A stretch of 64,000 nt of DNA, taken from positions 4,790 to 68,789 of the forward strand of contig JBGQJU010000012.1 in the NCBI GenBank assembly GCA_041499185.1, in the 5' to 3' direction. Of the stretch, positions 18,169 through 25,684 are shown one piece after another; position 1 is the stretch's first letter, and every line of letters begins with the position of its first letter. This DNA is from Pyrinomonadaceae bacterium (GTDB lineage Bacteria > Acidobacteriota > Blastocatellia > Pyrinomonadales > Pyrinomonadaceae). The translations under genes were made by a program, and so were the position numbers. The notes under the pieces were generated by a model. That model saw only the letters and a program-made list of their open reading frames with translations. It did not search any database and was not told the DNA's origin.

Positions 18169-19599
18169 ATGGCCCCGCCAAATTCCCAAGACATCGTTGG
18201 CCGCTTGCGCCGCGACCTCGGCACGGTTGAATCCTACGCTGCGCTGATTGGGATTCTTATCGGCGCTGGCATCTTCAAAGTCACCTTTCAAGCGGGCGCG
18301 CTGACGGGGCCGAGCGTGATTCTCGGGTACTTCGTCCTCGTGCCAGTAATTCTCGCTACGTCGATTCCGTATGCCGTATTCATTTCGACGCCGTTGGGCC
18401 GCGAGCCAGGCGGCGAATACCTGCACATCTCACGCACGCTCGGCGGCTTTCGTATCGCTTACATCGGCTCGTGGCTGAAGATCATTTCATACGTTGGCGC
18501 GGGAGCATACCTGGCGGACGCACTCGCGGGTTACCTGATCAACCTGCTCGGCGGTCGCTTGAGTCCGGAGAGATTTCACCTGCCACTCGCCCTGGCCGGT
18601 CTGATTTTGTTCTACGCGATCCATGTTGCCGGTGTGCGGTGGTTCGGGCGAATGCAGGTGACGATGTGCGCGCTGAAGGGGCTGGCGCTATTGGTAGTGA
18701 TTGTGCCGGGCGTGTTTGCGATCCACCGGTCCAACTACACGCCATTTGTCACGCATGGCTTAAGCGGTTTTGGAGCAAGTCTGTTGCCGCTATTCTTCGC
18801 TTATGCCGGTTTTGAATCGCTCGCCCAGACAGCAGGCGAAGTGAAAGACAGCACGCGGCGTCTGCCTATGATTTTTCTCAAAGGCATCGCCGCAACGGGG
18901 CTGATCTACCTGCTAATGTCCGTAGTTTCTTTTGGCGTGTTGCCGGGTGGGCGTTTGGAAACCAGCGGCGCACCGATGGCAGAAGTAGCCGCGGTGTATC
19001 TGCCGGCGGGCGCGGTGGGATTTGTTACGTTCGGAGCGATCATGGCGATTATGACTGCGTTGAATGGCACGATGCTGGTGCCCTCGCGGCTTGCGCTCAT
19101 GTTTGTCGAAGACCGGTTGGCGCCACCCTGGATCGGTTTCATCAATCCGCGCACGGCGACACCGATCCGCGCGCTGACGTTCACGCTTGCTGCCTGCGTG
19201 TTGCTGCTCATCAGCAACCAAATGGCGTTGGCGCTGAACGTTGCCGTCTTTGCATTAGTCGTGCTCTACTTTTTGCATAGTCTAACGTTTCTTTTGTTGC
19301 CGCGATGGAATCCAAAACTGTATGACGAGATCACGGTCGGCATTCCGAGATGGATTCAGCAGTCTAGCGCCATGCTTTCAGTGGTCGCGATGGGCGTGTT
19401 GATCGTGGTGCAGTTGGTGAAAGATGTAGAGACGTTGCGCACTCAGAATTTGCCAGATCGTATTGCCAAGCATTCGCTGACGAGCATCGAGCTGATAATA
19501 GTGTGGGGACTAGTGGGAGCGGGGCTTTACGCATATTCTCGTTGGCGTGCGCCCGAGAGAGCGGACGCTTCGCCTCCCTCGATTGAAGATGGAGATTGA
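18169..19599 (+). CDS. APC-family amino acid/polyamine permease
   Basis: About 12 hydrophobic segments and a typical APC N-terminus (ALIGILIGAGIFKV...), 476 aa. Confidence 0.8.
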   Translation: MAPPNSQDIVGRLRRDLGTVESYAALIGILIGAGIFKVTFQAGALTGPSVILGYFVLVPVILATSIPYAVFISTPLGREPGGEYLHISRTLGGFRIAYIGSWLKIISYVGAGAYLADALAGYLINLLGGRLSPERFHLPLALAGLILFYAIHVAGVRWFGRMQVTMCALKGLALLVVIVPGVFAIHRSNYTPFVTHGLSGFGASLLPLFFAYAGFESLAQTAGEVKDSTRRLPMIFLKGIAATGLIYLLMSVVSFGVLPGGRLETSGAPMAEVAAVYLPAGAVGFVTFGAIMAIMTALNGTMLVPSRLALMFVEDRLAPPWIGFINPRTATPIRALTFTLAACVLLLISNQMALALNVAVFALVVLYFLHSLTFLLLPRWNPKLYDEITVGIPRWIQQSSAMLSVVAMGVLIVVQLVKDVETLRTQNLPDRIAKHSLTSIELIIVWGLVGAGLYAYSRWRAPERADASPPSIEDGD

Positions 19600-20326
19600 A
19601 GGAAAGCGAGTTCTGATCACCGGAGCGAATCGCGGCCTTGGCCGTGCGCTGGCGTTTGCCTTTGCGAGCGCAGGCGCGCGTGAAATCATCGCCGGCGCGC
19701 GCAAGCCGGAAGACATTGAACAACTCAAGGCCGATGCGCTGGCGGACGGCGCGCCGATAACGCCGGTCCGGCTCGATGTCCGGTTCGAAGAGGACGTCGC
19801 CGCCGTGGTCGCGCTCGGGCCGGTGGATATTCTGGTAAACAATGCGGCCATTGCCGTCTACGGCGGTCCGTTCAACGCTGAATTCGCGGACATCCGCAAC
19901 GAGATCGAAACGAACTATTTGGCAGTCGTTCGCCTGGTGCAGGCATTCGCGCCGGCGATGATCGAACAAGGCGACGGCATGATCGTGAACATCGCAACGA
20001 TCTTCGCCAAAGTCAATCTGCCGATCGTTGGAACTTATTGCGCCACCAAGGCGGCATTGCTTTCGTTGGGCCAGGCCCTGCGCGCCCATCTCGCCGATAA
20101 AGGCGTGCGCGTGATCACCGTGATGCCCAGCACGATTGACACCGACATGAGTCGCAGTGCAGATGTGCCGAAGATGACGAAAGAGTTTGTTGCCACTGAA
20201 ATTTTGCGAATCATTCGCGAAGAGCCGATCGACCCGCCGATTGGCGAAGAGGCCCAAGGGATCTTTGAAGGATTAGTAAAAGATCCGCTCGGCATGGAGC
20301 AGACCTTCGCGCAGATTCGCGAGTAG
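19589..20326 (+). CDS. SDR-family oxidoreductase
   Basis: TGANRGLGRA cofactor motif, NNAA, and catalytic YCATK. The ATG at 19589 overlaps the permease stop by 11 nt. Confidence 0.85.
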   Translation: MEIEGKRVLITGANRGLGRALAFAFASAGAREIIAGARKPEDIEQLKADALADGAPITPVRLDVRFEEDVAAVVALGPVDILVNNAAIAVYGGPFNAEFADIRNEIETNYLAVVRLVQAFAPAMIEQGDGMIVNIATIFAKVNLPIVGTYCATKAALLSLGQALRAHLADKGVRVITVMPSTIDTDMSRSADVPKMTKEFVATEILRIIREEPIDPPIGEEAQGIFEGLVKDPLGMEQTFAQIRE

Positions 20327-20331
20327 ACGCT

Positions 20332-20420
20332 GGGAGCGCGGACATCCTGTCCGCAAACGAGCCGCAGGCTCGTCAGTTTTCGCGTTTCGCGCTCACTGCG
20401 GACAGGATGTCCGCGCTCCC
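20332..20420. repeat. 89-bp REP-like extragenic palindrome (perfect 24-bp arms)
   Basis: gggagcgcggacatcctgtccgca (20332-20355) is the exact reverse complement of tgcggacaggatgtccgcgctccc (20397-20420). Each arm holds its own 7-bp hairpin (gcggaca/tgtccgc), and there is a central hairpin acgagcc-gca-ggctcgt. Confidence 0.9.
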
Positions 20421-20448
20421 GGCAATGCATCGCTCGCTTCGATAAGAA

Positions 20449-21603
20449 ATGTCCGAACCAACCTTCAATCGCCGCCGTGAAGAGTTTCCCACTCTAACAA
20501 CCGGTATTCATCTGCTCAGTCACAGTCTGGGGCCGGTCCCGCGAGCGGCGCGCGCATCGATGCTGGAGTATTGCGACGCGTGGGAGCATCACACCGGCGA
20601 AGACGCCTGGGCTACAAGCTGGTGGGAACTCTCGCAACGCGTCGGCGATCGCATCGCCCAAATACTCGGAGGAACCCCAGGCTCGGTACAAATCCAACCG
20701 AACGCCTCGATTGCTCTTTCGAATGTGGCGTCGTGTTTTGACTTCGCGGAAACGAAACGAAACAAGGTGGTCACGAGCGCGCTTGATTTTCCCTCGATGG
20801 AATACATCTGGGAAGCACAAAACCAACTCGGCGCGAGAGTTGAAGTCGTTCCTTCCGATGATGGGATTACGGTCCCACTCGAACGCATCCTTGAAGAGAT
20901 CGACGACAGCACTTGTCTTGTTGCTCTCTCTCACACATCGTTTCGCAGCTCCTATCGCGTCGATGCCAAAGCGATCGTCGAGCGTGCGCGCCGAGTCGGC
21001 GCGCTGGTGCTGCTGGACGTGTATCAGTCGGCGGGCGCGGTCGAACTGGATGCCGCGGGCTGGGGAGTTGATTTTCTGATTGGCGGCACGATCAAGTGGT
21101 TGTGCGGCGGGCCTGCCTGCGGCTACCTCTATGTGCGCCGTGACTTGCAAAATGACCTGAAGCCGCGACTGACAGGCTGGGTCGCGCACGACGCTCCGTT
21201 CGATTTCGCTCACTCGCCGATGCGCTATGCGCGTTCGGTGCGCCGTTTCGCTCAGGGCACACCGAGTATTCCCGCGCTCTACTCAGCGCTGCCCGGTCTG
21301 CAAATCATCCTAGAAGTAGGTCTGGAAACAATCGCCAGCGAGTCGCGACGACGGACCGAATGGATGATCGGGTTCGCGTTAGAGCGTGACTGGCGGGTGA
21401 ACAGTCCGCACAACGTTAACGAGCGTGGCGGCTCAGTCATGATTGGCGTCGGCGACGGGCCGGCGATGGTGGCGCGACTGGCAGAACGAAACGTGTTTGT
21501 TGATTGCCGGCCTGACGTTGGTCTGCGCGTCTCACCGCACTTCTTCAACACCGATGACGAGGTGCGCCAAGCCATGGAGATTTTATCGGAATTGATGACC
21601 TGA
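20449..21603 (+). CDS. class V aminotransferase-fold PLP enzyme (kynureninase-like)
   Basis: GGTIKWLCGGPACGYLYV resembles the PLP-lysine region of kynureninase and cysteine-desulfurase family enzymes. 384 aa. Confidence 0.7.
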   Translation: MSEPTFNRRREEFPTLTTGIHLLSHSLGPVPRAARASMLEYCDAWEHHTGEDAWATSWWELSQRVGDRIAQILGGTPGSVQIQPNASIALSNVASCFDFAETKRNKVVTSALDFPSMEYIWEAQNQLGARVEVVPSDDGITVPLERILEEIDDSTCLVALSHTSFRSSYRVDAKAIVERARRVGALVLLDVYQSAGAVELDAAGWGVDFLIGGTIKWLCGGPACGYLYVRRDLQNDLKPRLTGWVAHDAPFDFAHSPMRYARSVRRFAQGTPSIPALYSALPGLQIILEVGLETIASESRRRTEWMIGFALERDWRVNSPHNVNERGGSVMIGVGDGPAMVARLAERNVFVDCRPDVGLRVSPHFFNTDDEVRQAMEILSELMT

Positions 21604-21775
21604 TAGCGCTCCGCATCACTCCGATCTAATGATCGGAAATCCTCACGTCACTCTGAATGACTGATTCAATCAATCTGAAGTCTTTGCTCAGTCTGACCTG
21701 AGACCTCACTGCTTCAATCTTCCAGTTTACATAGCTTTTGCTGGGGTTTTTGGGATTTCGCGCCGTTTTCTCGTT

Positions 21776-21791
21776 TGGCACAACGCTCGCA
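21776..21791 (+). promoter_or_regulatory. candidate sigma-54 (-24/-12) promoter
   Basis: TGGCACaacgcTcGCA has GG and GC at the canonical 12-nt spacing of TGGCACG-N4-TTGCW. It lies 238 bp upstream of the ATG at 22029. Confidence 0.45.
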
Positions 21792-22028
21792 ATCTGGGTT
21801 GCGCTCGGAAGTCTCGAGCGAGTTCTTTCAAATCATCATGGTTGCCGATAAGAGCCGTCTCTGCGCGAAAGCCTCAGGCGGCACGCACTTACCAGCCTAA
21901 GTTCCATGCAACGGGAATACGGTAGTGGGAGTTCCCGAAGAAACGCAAACGTCAACCGCAAGTGGACAAACGGCGTTCGCATGAATGATGACGGGGGCAC
22001 GGTCCCCAACGATTAAGGAAATAGAAAC

Positions 22029-24659
22029 ATGAAGATAACTAAACAATCCACCACCATAACGTGGCTGACAAGCTTGGCGCTGTTGGCTTCGTTATTTGTG
22101 AATAGCCCCGCGAGCACGGTTAGAAACGCTCGACTTGCCCAACGCGCCACTGCCCGACAAGATGGCAGGCCCGCTGATTCAGCGCTCTCGCGCTACGCGG
22201 TAGACCTGACCAAGTTGGCGCGCGCCGGCCAGCTCGAAACTGTTAAGCGTCACAAAGCAGAGCTTAACCGCATCGTCAGTATTCTCTCTGAGGATCCGCA
22301 GCATAACCCGGTGCTCATTAACGAGTCAGGCGCCAGCGATCAGTTTGAGATCGCGGCGGGCCTGGCGCGAGAGATCATCTCAGGCCCAGTGCCGGAGGGC
22401 CTGCTGAATAAGCAGGTCTTTAGTCTGAATCTCGAGGCACTGTCGGCTGGCGCGAAAGACACCAGCGAGTTTGCTGCTCGCTTGCAGGCGATCTTGACCG
22501 AAGCCGCAGCCGCGGAAGGTGAGATCATACTTTTCGTCGATCAGCTTCATCAGTATGTAGGTACTTACGCAAATCAGGTGGCCTCGGCAGCCATACGTGA
22601 CGCGCTCAAGCAAGGCCAGTTGCGCGTGGTGGGCGCGGCTACATCTGACGCCTATGCCACATACATTTCTGGCGACGAATCGCTGACCAGTCTCTTCCAA
22701 ACAATTCGTATCGGCGACGAGATCGCTAAGGGCTCAGAGTCCGGCAAACGTGGCCTATCCGAAAACGAAGAGAGCGATACCGACGACCAGGCGTTTGTTG
22801 GTGACAAGGTTTCCGCAGACCTGCGCGCATTGATGCAGAGCGCGAGTTCCGCCAACGATCACGTCGGCGTCATTCTGCAAGTGGATGACGTGAGAAATGC
22901 GGAACTGGCCTCGCTGCTGAAGCGCAATGGCGTCTTGATCAACAATCGCATGGCGCAGCTCGGCGTGCTCAAGGTTCAGGTTCCCGTCAAAGCGATTGAA
23001 GAGCTGGCTGGCAGCAATTTGACCAACCACCTTTCACCAGACAGAGGGCTCGAGTCCTTTGGTCACATTACAGCTACGACCGGAACTGATCAGGTGCGCA
23101 CGCAGAGCATTGGGTCCATCATCAATGGCGTGCCATTACTCAGAGCCCTTACGCTTGACGGCACAGGTATTGGCATCGCCGTGCTCGATTCCGGCATTGA
23201 CAAATCACACGTGACCGTCAACGGCTATGTCACGTTTAGGAAAGACTTCACGACTGAGAATCTGCTCGACATAGATCCATATGGTCATGGCACGCACGTG
23301 GCTTCAGCTGCTTCCGGCCTCAGCACAGATACCAACAATACGTACCAGGGTATCGCCCCCGGTTCCAGTCTCATCAACCTGCGTGTGCTGAATTCTCAGG
23401 GAACAGGCAGCACGTCCACTGTGCTAAGCGCGCTCAACTGGATTCTCAGTCCGGCTGATCCGACCAAGCCGTTGAGTTCGACGAATCCGCTTAACAAAGA
23501 CAAGTACAACATTCGCGTCGTCAACCTGAGTCTCGGCGCCTCAGCAGTCGATTCTTATAAGAATGATCCGCTCTGCCGCGCGGCGCGCGCATTGGTGGAC
23601 GCAGGAATCGTCGTCGTGGCCGCCGCTGGTAACAACGGCAAGGACGCCAATGGCAACAAGATCTATGGCCAGATACATTCGCCTGGCAACGAGCCTTCGG
23701 TCATTACCGTTGGAGCTGTCAACACGTTCGGCACGAACGTACGCAGCGATGACGGCATTGCCACCTATAGCTCCCGCGGTCCGACGCGAAGCTATTACAC
23801 GGACGCGAACGGAGTGAAACACTATGACAATCTGGTCAAGCCGGATCTGGCCGCGCCCGGCAACAAGCTAATCTTTGCTGAAGCTGACAATGGCAAGGGC
23901 GGTCTGAATCTCCTTGTTACGCAACATCCGGAATTGGATGCCGATGTTTCTGAGTCCGATAACAAGCGGATGATGTACCTGAGCGGCACATCAATGGCGA
24001 CGCCAATCGTTGCCGGCACAGCTGCTCTATTGCTGCAAGCCAATTCAAAGCTGACGCCGAACATGGTTAAGGCGCTATTGATGTACACCGCACAGCCAAT
24101 TAAGGGCTTCAATATGTTGGAGCAGGGCGCCGGCGAGCTGAACGTTGAAGGCGCGGTGCGTGTGGCGAAGCTCGTGCGTACAAACCTGTCGTCGTCCACA
24201 CCGGCCGGTGATCCCTTCTTGACTACGAGCACAGCTCCGACTCCACAGACAACCATCGCTGGTCAGACTTTCACCTGGTCGCAGGGTTTGATCCTGAACT
24301 ACGACTACGCGACCGGCGTTAATCTCATCATGAAGTACCAGAAGATTTATGGTCTGGGCGTCGTGATGGGTGATGGCATTCTGGTGACCGATTCGACCTG
24401 CACGCTTAATGGCACAATGATGTCGGACGGCGTAGTCATGGGCGACAACATCATGACCAGCAACGGCGTAGTCATGGGCGACGGTTTGCCGTTCCTTGCA
24501 ATCGGCCAACTGCTTGGTGATGGAGTCGTCATGGGTGATGGTGTCGTAATGGGCGACGGCGTAGTCATGGGTGACGGCGTCGTAATGGGTGACGGCGTAG
24601 TTATGGGCGATGCCGCCGTACAAGCCATGGCATCTAACGCGATGATCTTTGGCGACTGA
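22029..24659 (+). CDS. secreted S8 subtilisin-like protease with an N-terminal degenerate ClpB-NBD1-like module, an I9-like propeptide and C-terminal (GDGVVM)n repeats
   Basis: Signal peptide. ClpB-like block YAVDLTKLARAGQLETV...NPVLINESGASDQ...VPEGL...ILFVDQLH...LKQGQLRVVGAATSDAY. Catalytic triad contexts VLDSGID, GHGTHVAS and SGTSMATP. Confidence 0.85.
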   Translation: MKITKQSTTITWLTSLALLASLFVNSPASTVRNARLAQRATARQDGRPADSALSRYAVDLTKLARAGQLETVKRHKAELNRIVSILSEDPQHNPVLINESGASDQFEIAAGLAREIISGPVPEGLLNKQVFSLNLEALSAGAKDTSEFAARLQAILTEAAAAEGEIILFVDQLHQYVGTYANQVASAAIRDALKQGQLRVVGAATSDAYATYISGDESLTSLFQTIRIGDEIAKGSESGKRGLSENEESDTDDQAFVGDKVSADLRALMQSASSANDHVGVILQVDDVRNAELASLLKRNGVLINNRMAQLGVLKVQVPVKAIEELAGSNLTNHLSPDRGLESFGHITATTGTDQVRTQSIGSIINGVPLLRALTLDGTGIGIAVLDSGIDKSHVTVNGYVTFRKDFTTENLLDIDPYGHGTHVASAASGLSTDTNNTYQGIAPGSSLINLRVLNSQGTGSTSTVLSALNWILSPADPTKPLSSTNPLNKDKYNIRVVNLSLGASAVDSYKNDPLCRAARALVDAGIVVVAAAGNNGKDANGNKIYGQIHSPGNEPSVITVGAVNTFGTNVRSDDGIATYSSRGPTRSYYTDANGVKHYDNLVKPDLAAPGNKLIFAEADNGKGGLNLLVTQHPELDADVSESDNKRMMYLSGTSMATPIVAGTAALLLQANSKLTPNMVKALLMYTAQPIKGFNMLEQGAGELNVEGAVRVAKLVRTNLSSSTPAGDPFLTTSTAPTPQTTIAGQTFTWSQGLILNYDYATGVNLIMKYQKIYGLGVVMGDGILVTDSTCTLNGTMMSDGVVMGDNIMTSNGVVMGDGLPFLAIGQLLGDGVVMGDGVVMGDGVVMGDGVVMGDGVVMGDAAVQAMASNAMIFGD
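24516..24605. repeat. five tandem 18-bp coding units (GDGVVM); degenerate copies extend back to about 24352
   Basis: The units ggtgatggagtcgtcatg, ggtgatggtgtcgtaatg, ggcgacggcgtagtcatg, ggtgacggcgtcgtaatg and ggtgacggcgtagttatg differ only at synonymous positions. Confidence 0.9.
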
Positions 24660-24740
24660 TGCATTCCTGGATTGAAGAGGGGCAGTCCGCTCCCTCTTCA
24701 ATCTCTTGCCTTCAACTCTTCACTGTTTGAGAGGAACAAT

Positions 24741-25661
24741 ATGTCATCTGCTTTCGCCATCGCTGAGGCCGGGGTAGTTATGCCGCAAGTGTTATCTCCA
24801 TTCGAAGAGTCGGTAAATTCCCTCAGAGTTGAGGCGCTTGGAAGCGAGCACAAGGAAGAAGTCCTCACATTTCTTTCTCGCCGTTCGATTCACACGGTTT
24901 GCATGGCTGGCTACATCGGCGACAACGGAATCGTAAGCCCTCTCAATATGGGGTTCTTCTATGGCTGTCGGGATGAAGCTGGTTGCCTGCAGGGTGTGGC
25001 TTTGATTGGCCATGCCACTTTGTTGGAAGCCCAAAGCGATGAAGCGCTGCGGGCCTTTGCCCAACTCAAACACGAATACTCCGTCTCGCACCTGGTGAGG
25101 GGCGAGCATCAGATGATCGAACGCTTTTGGCGTCACTATGCGGAATTTGGGCATACCCCTCGCTTAGCGCGCCGCGAGTTGTTGTATGAACTGCGAACAG
25201 CGCCGCGCCTTGAAGGTCGCACGCCCGAGTTGCAACTGGCGACTCTTAACGATCTCGAAGAGATCATGACGATCAATTCTGAAATGATCGTTTCGGAATG
25301 CGGGATCGATCCGCTGAAGAAAGATCCATTGGGCTTCCGTGAACGTATGGCGCGCCGCATCAAGCAAGGACGAATCTGGGTTTGGAGGAAAGACGGACGA
25401 CTAATTTTCAAAGTCGACGTCTTTGCGCATACCCTTGCAATGAGCTACATCGAAGGAGTTTACGTGGCTCCGCAGGAGCGAGGCCACGGCCATGGCCTCC
25501 GCTGTATGTCCCAACTCAGTCGCATTCTGTTACAACACTCACAATCAATTTGCCTGCTAATTAATCAGCAAAAAGAAGGTCTCGCAGCTTTTTATGAGAA
25601 AGCGGGATTTCAATTCCGCGGTGTCTACGACACGATCTACCTCCATCCGGAAGCCAACTAA
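24741..25661 (+). CDS. GNAT-family N-acetyltransferase
   Basis: C-terminal acetyl-CoA-binding style motif QERGHGHGLRCM and FYEKAGFQFRG. The ATG at 24741 follows GAGAGG. Confidence 0.7.
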   Translation: MSSAFAIAEAGVVMPQVLSPFEESVNSLRVEALGSEHKEEVLTFLSRRSIHTVCMAGYIGDNGIVSPLNMGFFYGCRDEAGCLQGVALIGHATLLEAQSDEALRAFAQLKHEYSVSHLVRGEHQMIERFWRHYAEFGHTPRLARRELLYELRTAPRLEGRTPELQLATLNDLEEIMTINSEMIVSECGIDPLKKDPLGFRERMARRIKQGRIWVWRKDGRLIFKVDVFAHTLAMSYIEGVYVAPQERGHGHGLRCMSQLSRILLQHSQSICLLINQQKEGLAAFYEKAGFQFRGVYDTIYLHPEAN

Positions 25662-25684
25662 CAGTCTGAGGCAGGTCCACTCGT

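Noticed and set aside
19364-20257. 297-aa minus-strand ORF
   Set aside because: It is antisense to the SDR gene and the permease 3' end, with an Arg/His-rich shadow composition.
20494-21213. 239-aa minus-strand ORF
   Set aside because: It is antisense to the class V aminotransferase-fold gene.
24516-24605. Possible CRISPR-like array (regular 18-bp repeats)
   Set aside because: The units are directly adjacent with no spacers, lie in-frame within a protease CDS, and differ only at synonymous sites. This is a protein repeat.
24075-24701. 208-aa minus-strand ORF with an HDYAVT-type repeat
   Set aside because: It is the mirror image of the GDGVVM coding repeat on the antisense strand of the S8 protease gene, so it is not an independent gene.
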